NCBI GenBank assembly: GCA_008632985.1
Contig: QPGO01000122.1
Span: forward strand, 124,001-188,000
Source: Psammoneis japonica
Lineage: Eukaryota
DNA: 64,000 bases
Reading direction: 5' to 3'
The notes below the pieces were generated by a model. It was not told where the DNA came from. It did not search any database and saw only the letters and a list, made by a program, of their open reading frames with translations. A program made the position numbers and the translations under genes. Shown here piece after piece: positions 48,660 through 60,779 of the stretch (positions are counted from its first letter, which is position 1; every line of letters starts with the position of its first letter).

Positions 48660-49733
48660 TTGGCTTTCGGATTTTCATGGAGCGCACTCACACAAGACGA
48701 ACGTGTTGAATTGATGGATTATGTCATTCGAGGTCTCTCGTCCTCAGACAACAGTTGCTACTACCCAAACAGCGATTTGTTTCAAGGATGTTTTGTCCGG
48801 TTTGGACAGGGAGGATTCAATCGAATTGTTTTGGGACATGGTGATCGACGTGTATTGGTAACTGTTGGAATACACGGAAACGAATTTTGTGGCGTCGAGG
48901 CTGTCCGAATGATTTTGCAGAGGCATCGATTGTTTGTTACCGACTCGGACAGTTGCTGTCAGCAGGAATTGTTGAAGGACTGCAACTGGTCGGTGTCACT
49001 TGACGATTTATTTGAAAAGTTAACTATTGAATTCATGGTAGGCAATCCAAGAGCCCTCGACAAGGACAAGCGATTTCTCTCAAAGAATCTTAATCGTTTG
49101 TTGGATGTTCACATTCTTGATCGTTCCGAAAAGGAATGTCTAGCCAATGACGTAGACACGGCATACGAATTGCAAAGGGCACGTATTCTCATGGAAGCTA
49201 TTCGAGACTCTCATGTAATGTTGGACATTCACTCTTGTTCCGCAAATGTCAAGCCATTTGCCTTGCCCTCGTCGATGCAAGTCAGCGAAGAAATCGCGGC
49301 AAAGTTACCTGTTGGGTATGTTGTTGAGTCGCTTGCACATTGTACTGCCGAGGGAGGTACGACTATGGATTGGGCAGTGGAACAGAATGTTCCCGGAGTC
49401 TGTGTCGAGTGTGGCTTTCATCGACACCCGGACGTTGTTGCACGAGCCGCAAATGTAATCTCGTCGTTTCTCGTTTCACAACACCCGGAGCTTGAATTCA
49501 AGCGGTCCTTCCCGACCAAGATGAGGTGCGAAGGAATCGAGATTGTCCAAACTGGTTTTGAATTTATAAATAAGATCAAGGAGTTTGAATTCATTCCGTA
49601 CGGTGTACCAGTCTTTCGAGACGACGTCCAAGGCGAAGTCACCTGTCCGATCAAACCAGGAGCGTTTATTGTCATGCCTACAGAAATGCCAATTGTTGGA
49701 GAAGAAGCTCTGTTTTGGGCTTCATCTGTGTAG
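48660..49733 (+). CDS. Succinylglutamate desuccinylase/aspartoacylase family (M14-like Zn hydrolase); true start possibly at 48512 across a frameshift
   Basis: GIHGNE..G, GNPRA..RF..NLNR, LDIHS, VECG.H motifs. Confidence 0.85.
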   Translation: MAFGFSWSALTQDERVELMDYVIRGLSSSDNSCYYPNSDLFQGCFVRFGQGGFNRIVLGHGDRRVLVTVGIHGNEFCGVEAVRMILQRHRLFVTDSDSCCQQELLKDCNWSVSLDDLFEKLTIEFMVGNPRALDKDKRFLSKNLNRLLDVHILDRSEKECLANDVDTAYELQRARILMEAIRDSHVMLDIHSCSANVKPFALPSSMQVSEEIAAKLPVGYVVESLAHCTAEGGTTMDWAVEQNVPGVCVECGFHRHPDVVARAANVISSFLVSQHPELEFKRSFPTKMRCEGIEIVQTGFEFINKIKEFEFIPYGVPVFRDDVQGEVTCPIKPGAFIVMPTEMPIVGEEALFWASSV

Positions 49734-50561
49734 AATACGTCTTTTTGGGACCTTGCCTTGGCCGTGGACGCGCCAAACGAATGCGCCCCCTCCCAAGATG
49801 GAACGAGATTCGAGAATGCAACAGAGCAACTCATAGCACCGAAGTAGTCCTATCATACGTACGTCATTGTTTGTGTCGTCGAGCACATGTCGACTACTCG
49901 TAGCTCGTCTCAATCATTATCCCGAGAAATGCTGCCACCCGAACAGGAGTGTTTTCCACAAGGCGCCTTTAGCACTATTCTGTTGATTTGTTTCCATATC
50001 TACTAGAAAGGCTTCAAATGACAGCAGCTGTTGTCGTCGCTGCTTCCCTTTACACTGCCGATTGATTCCCTTGGATCATCTTGGATCTTTAGAAACGAAA
50101 CAACCCATGGTGCTCTTGGATCCTCGCTGTGAACAAAAACAAACGAGAACATAGCTCGGGACCCATGGCGGAACAGGATCAATGCAAAAGGGTATTGTCA
50201 GCTCGGCCATCAAGGAAACTAACGCCACACTATCAACCAGGGTAATGTTGATGAAATCATCTCGTAGAGCTGAGAAGGCTCATGCTGTTCACTTCCCCTT
50301 GTACTCAGGGAACAAAGACAGAAGAAATACCAAAAGGTTTGAGTGGGTCACACGCTACGAAGAGAAGCTCGTCGCCCCGGAGCACGATAATTGCTCCATC
50401 AAAAAGCATAATGTGCTCTAACTTATAACTCTTCTTATAGAATAGTCTGCCACCCGGGTTCAAATCAATGGAGGCTTCTCATATTAAGTTGTTGTGAATT
50501 CAGTAAAACAAAAGAGGCACCTAGAATGCAACTTGTGCACAGCATTGAAATACGGGTTCGC

Positions 50562-51332
50562 TTACGCAACAGCTGCTCCACTTTGATTTGATCCATCATG
50601 AGCCCCATTGTCTAGTAGCAGTTGTAGTACATCTTGCTCTTCCGTCATTCTAGCAATCGCAAGAGGAGTCGTCCCATCCAGGGTGGCTTGATTGACATCT
50701 GCGCCGTGTTCAATCAAAAGCCTCAAGATTTCAATATGCCCATGCTCGGTAGCAATCGCGAGAGGAGTCCGTCCATGACGAGTAGCCTGATTCACATCTG
50801 CACCACCTCGAAGCAAACGACGCACCACTTCCGTGTGGCCATTCTGCGCTGCAACAAACAACGGAGTTCGTCCGAGATTTGTAGCCATGCTTGTCTTTGC
50901 CCCATGCTCGAGTAAGAGGTCGACAACGTCCGCGTGCCCGTTCTCCGCTGCGACGAAGAGCAAGAAACAACTTTTTGAGAGAGGAGCAACACAACGACGC
51001 CAAAAAGAATAAGACGAAGAACTCTGCATTGAGAAATCACAAAGAATGACGCCCGTACCCGCCGCGAATAAGGGTGTCATTCCTCTCTCATTGAGACTTC
51101 CGCCGGTGCTAGAAGTGCCAAAAAGATTTTCCTGCGCCATGGCCTTGGGTGTTGTGTTGCTTTCTCTTTGCAGTGTGCAATACCGGTAGCAGTAGAAGTA
51201 GTTTGAAGTTTGATGGTGTTGTGTTGTGATGATGCCGCCGCCATCACAAGCGGCGTCATGGTACAAACTCACGTATGTTTCTACGTGCATGATGGATTTT
51301 GCGACGTTTTTGGGCAAGTCGTCGTCTGTCAT
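50562..51332 (-). CDS. Ankyrin-repeat protein (5' structure uncertain)
   Basis: Four repeats of G.TPL..A...GH..VV.LLL..GA.VN in 50580-50960. Confidence 0.8.
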   Translation of the reverse strand: MTDDDLPKNVAKSIMHVETYVSLYHDAACDGGGIITTQHHQTSNYFYCYRYCTLQRESNTTPKAMAQENLFGTSSTGGSLNERGMTPLFAAGTGVILCDFSMQSSSSYSFWRRCVAPLSKSCFLLFVAAENGHADVVDLLLEHGAKTSMATNLGRTPLFVAAQNGHTEVVRRLLRGGADVNQATRHGRTPLAIATEHGHIEILRLLIEHGADVNQATLDGTTPLAIARMTEEQDVLQLLLDNGAHDGSNQSGAAVA

Positions 51333-51766
51333 CCGCTACGCTTGAGGAATGAATCGACTGACTCACGACTAACTAAAACTGCTTCTACTCTCTACTACTA
51401 GAGAGTAGGGCCCTACTCTAATGTAGAGAGAGCTCTAGAGAGTAGCTACTCTAGTTAGCCTGAAGTAGAGAAGGATTGATATGTGTGTGAAGCAATCGAG
51501 CTGGAAGCACCGACGTCTCAAGAAGCTTCTGCTATCGTAGCTATTTGACTTCACAAAACAAATTGTTAAAGTGAACGACCCATAATGTGGACGTGGCATT
51601 CTCTACTAGAGTAGAGGAGCGTTTTAGGAGCCCTTCCAACCGTACAAGACTGCGCCTTGTATTCTCACAAAGGTATCCGAAGCAAATCCGTATGCAAATG
51701 AGGAAGCCACCTAATCACACAGCCATTCAAGCAAAACATCAGAAAGAGATAGAATTCAACACATGG

Positions 51767-52989
51767 TCAATAAAGATAAAACCACTTTTGCAATAACATC
51801 AGCTTGTCGACTCGACAAACACTCCGACGCACCTTGCAATCAAGACCAACTCGACCGAGTGTTCCCTTTTGAATAAAGTGTCGCGTGATTTGATTGATTT
51901 TGGTTTGGGAAATGGCGGGTTCTCCATGACCGGTCCACACCACAATGTTGGCAAAGGGCAGTCGTTCCATGAGGTAGTCAATGGGTTCAAAATTCTTCAA
52001 CAAGAGTCGTGCATTTGGTGCGTAGTCAATTCCTGAAAAAGAAACATTTGCATAGGATTGTGAAGTTCCAGTAAAATTCAAGTATATAAGTAACACAATC
52101 GAAATGGAAAATGCAAGCGTACCCATGGATTGATTCGTCACATTGCACTTTTGTAACAAGTCCAATAGATCCACCATGTCCCTGTTGTTGTAGCCTTCCA
52201 GGGCACGATTATCCACAATGTGTCCAATCGAAAAGGCAAATTTTAACTTGTTGTCTGTCGAATCCTTGTAATGCTTTTCGTGCAACCCTTCAATGCCAGT
52301 CAGACAGGTATGAAAGAAATCCTTGACATCAAAAGGCACCGTGGTACCACGGTGTCCCGGTCCCGGCAAAATGTCCTTGTTGAGGTAAATCGTCTTGCCG
52401 TTTGGATCAATCGGACCAAGGTCGTGTAATATTTCAAATATAAAAGGAACAACTTGTACGTCCTTGATGTCAAGCTTGATATTTTTCAACAGAACAGGAG
52501 GAGAACCGTCTTTTGTTGGATGCGTGTCTCCCCCAGTCACAAGTGTCAAGAATTGTTGGAGCGTCAAGTCACTGGTTCGAACCGGAGGATGCGACATGAT
52601 GACAATGGGTGGTGTTTGCAAATCGTCTTGGTCAACATAGTGGCCCATGAGGAGATCTGCTTCTATTGAAGTAACGTCATTGTCGCTGTTTGTCATTTGT
52701 AACGCTGTCACGAGTTGCTCCATGGAATTTGTCGCGTGGGACCAACTTCGCTGGATGCGGCCGGAAGAAGCTTACGACCGTCCCGTTGAAACATGTCACG
52801 ACATGCACAAGTGCCGTCTTGAAGCAAATTTTCGGTCAAGGAATGTGTGAGGTGTTGAATCTCGCGTTGCTGAGAGTGCCCTGTCGTAGCACAATAACAG
52901 GCACAATCGCGACAATTACGACGAGAAAAGCAACAGCCAAACCCCGATTTCTCAAATTGTTCCTCCTCCTCCTCTAGCCTGCTTGTCAT
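51767..52989 (-). CDS. FAM151/Menorin-like (DUF2181) protein with introns and an N-terminal TM segment; ends approximate
   Basis: WSHATNS immediately upstream of the ORF ATG, IEAD, MSHPP..SDLTL..FL, IKLD.K, LN.DILPGPG, VWTG.GEP. Confidence 0.75.
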
Positions 52990-53297
52990 TATGTTGTATT
53001 GTCGCCTCCATCTTGTCGCTGAAACTAGATGAATTCTGCATTGGGCTTTGACCGGCGACCCGTTTTTTTTGTCATCGTCACTTGCTATCTCATCGCCCAC
53101 ATTGATGGATCGATCGCGCCCCGCGCGACCTCATTTTTTCCTGCTGACGTCACCAAAATTTCGAAAAAAGATTTCTCCCTCCAGAACAAAACGCACGCTA
53201 TGGTACAAACGGCCCGAAGCACGATCTTTGCCGTTGTCACGTTGCTGCGTCGCCATGCCGAAGGTTGTCTCGAAGAGTAAAGCAAAAAAAAAAGAGA

Positions 53298-54148
53298 ATG
53301 TCCACAACTATCTTATCGAAAACCCGTGTCGGCGGCCCCAACGGTGGTTATTATCACCGCGTAAAACACGCGTCCTCCTCTACCAAACAGACATGATTTT
53401 CGGTCTGTACCTTCCCATGAAACCCGTCAAAAAGCCAACCCCTGTCCTTTTTTGGTTGAGTGGATTGACGTGCGATGATACCAACTTTGCCAACAAGGCT
53501 GGAAGTCGTGCCTTTAATGCGGCCGAACGCGAGGGCATTGCCGTGGTCATGCCAGACACGTCGCCACGAAATGATGAGAGTGTACCGAACGTTGATTCGT
53601 ATGATTTGGGTATTGGTGCTGGATTTTATGTCAATGCGACACAAGCTCCGTATGATACACACTATCACATGTATGACTATGTGACAAAGGAACTACCAGC
53701 GTTGCTGCAAAAGGAGTTTGAAATGGACATGTCCAACAAATCGATTTGTGGTCACAGCATGGGAGGTCATGGGGCACTCACCATTGCGCTCAAGGACCCC
53801 TCCTCGTGGAAGACTGTGAGTGCCTTTGCTCCCATTTGCAATCCAACCGCGGTTCCCTGGGGAGAAAAGGCATTCAAGGCCTATTTGGGGTCGGTTGAAG
53901 CGGGGCAAGAGCATGATACCACGTGCCTGTTGAAAGCCAAGGTCTATGACGATATTTTGATTGATCAGGGAACGGAGGATGAGTTTTTGGAAAATCAATT
54001 GAAACCTGAAGCTCTCGTGGAGGTAGCTAACAAGTGTGGACAAAACATTACTCTCAATATGCGTGACGGATTCGATCATTCATACCATTTTATTGCGGCC
54101 TTTATCGAAAATCATGTGGAGTTTCATGGAAGAGACTCAAATGAATAG
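53298..54148 (+). CDS. ESD: S-formylglutathione hydrolase (esterase D); apparent 1-bp deletion in an A-run at about 53385
   Basis: LSGLTC, PDTSPR, GAGFYVNAT, GHSMGGHGAL, SAFAPICNP, DQG..D.FL, FDHSY.F. Confidence 0.95.
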
Positions 54149-54442
54149 TCATGTTTAAAAGTAAAGCAAAGGAGCCTACGTTGCGCTATGCATGGTGGAA
54201 TCGCATTTCTTCATTGTAGAACACGTAGTAGAAGTAGCAACAGAGACCTAATAGTACTCACAACTGCGTACTTATATTCCGTCTCCGGTTCCATTTTTTT
54301 CGCCTCCGTGATTAAACTATTCTATTTTTCTAATAATCTTTTTCTAACAGCAGGGAATCTAACACAGAATAGATTTCGCGACTGAAAAGCAACCGTTTTC
54401 AAATAGAATCTTAGCAACTGACAGAGTAAACAGCCAGTAATC

Positions 54443-54898
54443 TTACAAGGCATCGAGTATAAAGTTCACGTCTCCTTGCAACACACGAGCGGTACATTCC
54501 TTTGCATCCGAAACTCCAGCTTTATCTCGCACACTTGCTTCTCGACAAGCTGACATGGCTCGTCTCTTTTTGGAGGCATCCGACTCGGGTCCCTCCTTCA
54601 AATCGACATTGCCAGCTCCTCGTGCTGCGTTGAAAATTTCGTCCGTGCTCATGGATTTGGCCTTGTCGAATCGACCCTTCCAAGCTGTCTGCCAGTCCCC
54701 TTCCTCGATTTCTTCGTATTCACCCTCTTCGTTTAAAATGTATTTTGCAGTGGCAGGAGCAGCCACAGTCACAACAACGGACGCTGTGGATGACGCCAAA
54801 AACGCCCTTCGTGAAAACGGTTGTTGTGCCCAAGCATCGGTGCCTTTGAGGAGCTGCAACAGCAGCAATGTCAAGCCGAAAAGCACCAGTGTCGTCAT
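54443..54898 (-). CDS. Small protein with a predicted diatom plastid/thylakoid-lumen targeting presequence; function unknown
   Basis: Hydrophobic signal peptide ending TDA-W, twin-arginine SRRAF, hydrophobic stretch and ATA cleavage site; Cys pair near the C-terminus. Confidence 0.65.
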   Translation of the reverse strand: MTTLVLFGLTLLLLQLLKGTDAWAQQPFSRRAFLASSTASVVVTVAAPATAKYILNEEGEYEEIEEGDWQTAWKGRFDKAKSMSTDEIFNAARGAGNVDLKEGPESDASKKRRAMSACREASVRDKAGVSDAKECTARVLQGDVNFILDAL

Positions 54899-55287
54899 GA
54901 TACGATTCTCTCTATTTCCCATCTTTGTCACAGATGGTAGATGCGAAAGAGTGTGATCGATGCACTCACGCACATCGGACTTGTTCTTAGGTCTACTCTA
55001 TCAACAGTAGTTCTCGCGTGCGTGTTCAGGACAATTTTGAAAATTTGTGCGGCTGGCAGGCGCGCATCGACGTTTTTGCTTCAAGCGTATTATATCTTCG
55101 ACTCACAGGACCAAAAAATTCAGATGATCACGCACGCAGAATGATTTTTGGGATTTGAATGTCGTGTGTCGTGTGTCACGAATGATTTTGAGAAGCACGA
55201 ATCGGAACTCTCAAGTCCTTTCATCTGATAGTCAGCTCAAAAACGAACGCGATAACATATACCAATAAGTATACCAACACATCCATC

Positions 55288-56402
55288 ATGGCGTCTACTG
55301 ACATGAACAGCAAGAAGTTTGTTTTGATTGGCGACATTGGCGGGACCAATGCGCGACTGCAGCTAATCAGCCTATCCGGGCCGACATTAGAAACGAAGGA
55401 AATCGTAACGGAAAAAAAGGCTGATGCTCAAAAGGGAACGTCGCTCATGAGCTGCATCGACGATTTTATGTCGGACGTTCCAGAGACGCCTGACATGTGC
55501 GTTCTCGGTGTGGCAGGCCCCGTCGTGGACAACGCAGTCGAGGGAACCAATCTAGGGCACTGGGGTGAGACAAATGGTAATGAGATTGGCAAGAAATTCA
55601 AGTCGTGCTTCTTGATCAATGACTTTGAGGCGGCCGGCTATGGTGTCACACGGCTGCAAGAGGAGGATTGCGATGCTCTAGGCGACACCGCAAAGATCCC
55701 GCTAGAGGAAGGCGAAAACTCTGTAAAGGCCGTGATTGGACCTGGAACAGGCCTGGGTCAAGGCATTCTCATCAGGAAGGAAGAGGGTGGAATGTACGAA
55801 CCTTTGCCGTCCGAGGGAGGCCACGTTGACTTTGCCGTCATCACGGAGGAGGACTGGGACCTTGCAAAGTTTGCGCGCAAGTACATTGAGAAAAAGAAAG
55901 GAGAAAAGATAGGCCGCTTGTCGGTGGAGCGTCTTTGTGCCGGCCCGGCCGTGCCGCTCCTTTACTCCTTTATGAAGGAGAAGTATCCAGAAGACAGGGC
56001 CGTCCTGGAGATGGAAACGCCCGAATACGGACCCGCCAAGGAGTTTGATGACATTACGGCGGAAGATATTACCAAGATGGGTATGGAACACGAGGATCCC
56101 CTGTGCATGAAAGTGATTGAGAAATTTTCAGAGATTTTTGGAACGGAGACTGGCAATCTCGCCTTGAAGACCCTCCCTTACGGTGGCATCTACATTGTTG
56201 GTGGCGTGGCAAACGGTATTCGAGAATATCTTCTCGACGAGAAAACCGAAAACACCTTTATGAACGCCTTCTACAACAAGGTAGACAAGAGAAAAAAATT
56301 ATGAGAAAGAAATTTAGGGTGATGATTGTGAAAGAGGGCATTGAGGTTGGCCTCCTGGGTGCCGAAGAGAAAGCCAGGAGAGAGCTGTTGTCTATGATGT
56401 AA
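55288..56402 (+). CDS. glk: Glucokinase (bacterial-type Glk family); apparent frameshift near 56280
   Basis: GDIGGTNAR, VAGPV, INDFEA.GYG, GPGTGLG, SEGGH, SVER, GGIY..GG; the VGLLGA C-terminus continues in another frame to TAA at 56400-56402. Confidence 0.92.
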
Positions 56403-56812
56403 GAAAAGTCACCTTCGAAACGAGTGAAAATGTGACGGAGATATGTTTGAAGATAGAAGTACATATTGGTAGGACTACAGCTTGTGCAGAGTGGAGAAGA
56501 AAGAAAAACAAGTTTGTATGACGCATGGACTTTAGTGTGACTTGTACAAACTATAAGTATAAATTATGTTAGAAGATGTAGGACTAAAGCTTGTGCTTAG
56601 AAGTACATATCGTTAGGACTACAGCTTGGGCTTGTACAAGACGTCACGACGACTGCATGTTATGTTGTGAAAATCCCATAGAAAGACCAATACAACGATC
56701 ATGTATACAATCACATAATGGAGAAGAGAACAACTTCGTGCGTCAACTGATTCTACAGTATGACTTGTACAAACTATCGCTAAAGCACCTTCCACGATTT
56801 CCTCTGTTGTTA

Positions 56813-57949
56813 CTATCCGACCCTCACCATTTTCGGTGCTCTCATCAATGCGTAGATGAAATAGACTGCTGCAATCAACAGCATCACCTTTACGTAGAAA
56901 GAGTACGGGCGGGTTCTTCGATATTTCAGCGGTTTCCTGATCAAGCTTTTCCCTCCGACCAACATTCCTCGCTTTTGCAAGTCACTAGGCTTTACGACGG
57001 ACGCAACAGGGAGCAGGGCCTGATTCTCTTCATCCGCCTCTGCCTCAATCTTGTCACCTTGCTGTTTCGTCAAAATTTCTGAATTCCTGCTGAGCTCCAT
57101 CTGGCTTGTAGCGCTCGATTTCTTTCTACCATTCCGACGGGCGTCTCGCATGCGTTTCATACCAACTACAATCTCCTCCCTTGATGCTCCCCGTTTGCGC
57201 AGTTCTTGCAATTGCACCAGGGCATCACAAAGCTCCTTTCCAGCAGCATCGTTCCTAACCGGATGGTACTTTTCGGCACAAGCCCGAAACAACTCCTGAG
57301 CGTTTGGAAGCGGCCACACCTTGTGATTGGGAAATGAATCCACCAACACGCCGCGAATCTCCTTCATGACTTTGTTCAATATCGGCGCCGCCAAGTCATC
57401 TTTCTTCCCCGTGATCAAAACCAATGGAAGCTCAAACAGCACAGTCCCGCTGTCATCTATGACTTCAATATTTAGCCAGCGGTCAGAGAAATGATTCATG
57501 AGCTTCTCTGCAATTCCGAATTTCAATTCCTTAATCGGTTCGTTATTTTTGTCATCATTTTCTTTCGTCTTTGTTTTGTTCAGTATTTCAACAAATTCTG
57601 TTGCTCGCAGGATCCAGTCGTCCGATAGAATTGCGGGTGATATGCCAACCGCGAGCAACGCCCCATTGTGGTTGGCACGCAAAATCACATCGCGAACCGC
57701 CTCCACCAAGGTTTCGGTTGCCGTGTGATCGACGTTTTGCTTGCGATAGGCCGAAAAATCAGCCAGAGTCATGGCTTCTGCAGCGACAGTCGTGGCATCC
57801 ACCACGCGAGGGCCAGTCACGAACCGACCACCATGATTGTAGAGGTAGCAGCTCGCGTCGGGAACGACTGGTACTGTGGCTTGTTCGGTTTCGTCACTGC
57901 TACGGCCACCCGTGAGCCTTGCACTTTCGCTATTGCCATTGAGCTCCAT
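56813..57949 (-). CDS. Hypothetical tail-anchored membrane protein
   Basis: 378-aa open frame from ATG 57949 with a single C-terminal hydrophobic helix preceded by basic residues. Confidence 0.6.
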   Translation of the reverse strand: MELNGNSESARLTGGRSSDETEQATVPVVPDASCYLYNHGGRFVTGPRVVDATTVAAEAMTLADFSAYRKQNVDHTATETLVEAVRDVILRANHNGALLAVGISPAILSDDWILRATEFVEILNKTKTKENDDKNNEPIKELKFGIAEKLMNHFSDRWLNIEVIDDSGTVLFELPLVLITGKKDDLAAPILNKVMKEIRGVLVDSFPNHKVWPLPNAQELFRACAEKYHPVRNDAAGKELCDALVQLQELRKRGASREEIVVGMKRMRDARRNGRKKSSATSQMELSRNSEILTKQQGDKIEAEADEENQALLPVASVVKPSDLQKRGMLVGGKSLIRKPLKYRRTRPYSFYVKVMLLIAAVYFIYALMRAPKMVRVG

Positions 57950-58399
57950 GTTGAGTCTTTTGTTTTTAGCTTCTGTGCATTGAATGCTTGTTGTGCCGCC
58001 CCGTTGTTCCTCTCCCTCTGATGATGAACCCCGACCCCGACCCCCGACTCGACGTTCGCGTTTGCCGTTTGCGTTGTTGGACAACTGAGAAACGCAAAAA
58101 CGACCTTTTCCTGCCTTTTTCCCACTTTTGGTTACTTTTTGAGGAGGTTTGGGATGGACGGACCTGCTCTCTCTTGGCCAGATAGCTAGAGTGGCCAGAG
58201 TAGAGAGAGTCGTCTTCAACACGGTCGACGCACAGGCAGGAACCGAGAATCGAAAAAAGCCAGGAAACGGAATGTGAAAATGGCGGGCATGACGAAAAAA
58301 TGAGCTTCATGCTCTGTCACATGTTCCTGCGTGATCCCAATCCCAAACTCCTTTTCAATGACGGATCCTGCATGTTCCGCCACCTCATTCTGAGAGCAC

Positions 58400-59830
58400 C
58401 TCATTCCGAGAGCTGAAAGAGGCCATTTGTTGTTTCAGGTCCCTTCGCCGCTCCTTTCTTTGCCATGCTCTGGTTGCACCCAGTTGCACATTCTTCAGTG
58501 CCTCCAAAAGACAAATGGAGTGCAATGGTGTCACACTCTGTCGGAATGTGGTGTGCCATCTAGAGCATTCAAAATGGAGCACATTCTTGTGGAACAAGCA
58601 AAAATCTAAAAGGGATTTGTTGTGCTGCACAATTCATTCTTGCACACACCAGCTCTTCCACCCCACACTGGGGTGCAAAAGCTTCGCTGCACTTTTGATG
58701 GATCTTGGGTGGCCAATGCTGGAGAACAAGAGGCACTTCTGCCTTTCCTGCTGGCAAATGTGGGCAGCTGAGGCACAAAATGATGTGACCAAACAGAAAG
58801 TGAGAAACGCACTCAACATGACAGAAAAAGCAAAAAAAAAAGCTGGCACCTGCCTTGCGGGCTTTTGATGGATGTGACTTTTGTCACATCTTTGCAGCCA
58901 GATGACAGAGTGTTTTGTGACTTGGCATCATAAAAATTGAGTGTGATCATTGGATGTTTTCTGCATTGCTTTCAACATCAATGCGCCGCTCTTGGGGTTT
59001 GAACAATTGACCCATCTCTTCTTGTGGGTGTGCACAAGAGTGCCTGGCACACAACAAAAAGTGGGGCAAGTGTGGGTCTCAGGATTTTTGCACCAACATT
59101 TTTTTGGGCTTCTCCAGCTGGCACCCCTGCATTGTCTTCTCAACTGCATGACCAAACCAAAAGCAGAGAAGCAGAGAGGATGAAAATGATGCTTTCCATG
59201 ATGGAATGTGGGACAACCCAAGTGGCCTGTTGGCAAAGGCCTTTGAGCCTTCTTGTGCATGCAGTGAATGCTCAGCCAATCTTGCTTTCACCCTGGGAAG
59301 CTTGAGCCAACCCAACAGTCCCTCAGGCGATGCTGCCAACCTCAACAAGTCGAAGGATGGAGATCATGTAGATGTCCTGGCTTGCAAACATTGTGGAGCA
59401 GACAGGCAGACATGGTGGTTGACACTCATGTTCTTGACATGGATGTCAGGTCATGCCAGCCCAAAACACCTGAGCATTTTCTGGCAGATCACAACGGAGA
59501 GAAAAAATGCAAGCATCAAGTCATGCCTTGAGCAGGGTTGCTTTTTCACTCCCTTTGCACTGTCATGCAATGGGCTGCGTGGCAAGGAAGCCAAAACAAT
59601 GCTCCATCTGTTGGCAGCAGCACAGCCAGCTGACAAATGGCAGAAGCCTCACTTGGAAGTTGGTGGCTGGAAAGTTGTCAGCTGCATCAATGCCACAATG
59701 AGCATGACTGCGGTGAGAGCAACCCACCATGTCTCACACCCCCTCTTTCCAGATTGGCTCAAGACACTCCCGTGGGAGGACATGGCTTGTCTGTCCCTGT
59801 GCTTGCACTGGACAGCACCAATGTGATCAA
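58400..59830 (+). mobile_element. Decayed 3' part of a CRE-like non-LTR retrotransposon (restriction-like endonuclease region)
   Basis: LH.L.C, FHD....L..KAF.PS, CLEQ..FTPF.LS..GL.G.EA...L..LA....KWQKP, INA.MS..AVRATH match the CRE-type C-terminus; the TpA/CpG-depleted block extends about 58300-60600. Confidence 0.7.
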
Positions 59831-60549
59831 CCTCCACCTGCAGCAATGGAGTGCCAACTCAATCTTCCAAGATGCCATCAATGCCACCCTCCCAAGTTGG
59901 TCAACACCATCTCACAAGCACAGTTCTGGCAGCAGGCTCCACTCAAATGGTGTGCACAAGTTGGCACATTTGTGCAAGAGATCACCACCCCTCACTTGCA
60001 TGATGCATTTGCTGCATGATGCCCATTTTCCCTTTTTTCCATGACAGAAGACAACACCAAAAAAATCTCAATTCAATTGTGACAAGAACATCCTTGCCAT
60101 CAACCATGACATTGTCGTTTTCTTTGAATGGCCACAGTGCTCAAGAGATGAGTGGAGAGCAATGGACAGCAGCAGCACAAGCAACACAGATGCTTGTCAG
60201 TTGTGTGTTCTCAGCATGTGCTGTGTGCAGAACTGCACAAAGTGTGTTGGACCGCCATCAACAGAGACAGCATCAATGCATTTGTCTTTGTCAAGTGCAC
60301 GGAACACTGCCGGTTGGAGGTCGCTCCAGCTTCAAGCTCACATCACCACTCAGTCAAAACGGGACGTAAAGGCCTCAACACATTCCGCAAGCTTGCAGAA
60401 AACGGAATGGGTGTGTCTTGGCCGTCAGCAACGAAGATGAAATTGCGCTCCGTTTGATGAAACGAAATGCGGAACATGAGGGCACATTCCTTGGACAAGC
60501 CCAAAACAGAACTCAGAGAAAGGCCACAGTTTTTACGGAATGAACAGTC

Positions 60550-60779
60550 GATTCTCGTTCCCTGTGTTGGTCATTGCGACACATGCATTCGACTTGTGCT
60601 CAAGCAACGAGTGCTCTCTCTACTCTAGAGAGTAGAAGCACTGTTCGTCTGTCTCCAAGTTGGACGCCGCTACTGCTGAATTCTCGATTGAACAAACGAA
60701 CAACATCTACGATTACAAAGCAAGCTCGTATTCAGTAACTCGGTTCCAGCAAGTGACGTTGACTTTCGGGAAGCTTGGC
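60550..60779 (-). repeat. Local duplicate of the RdRP 3' end and 3' UTR (source copy at 60860-61075)
   Basis: Both copies run gattctcgttccctgtg ... ttcagtaactcggttccagcaagtgacgttga.tttcgggaagcttggc. Confidence 0.9.

Noticed and set aside
53298..53400. Programmed ribosomal frameshifting in host genes
   Set aside because: No shared slippery site or downstream structure; homopolymer indel errors are more parsimonious
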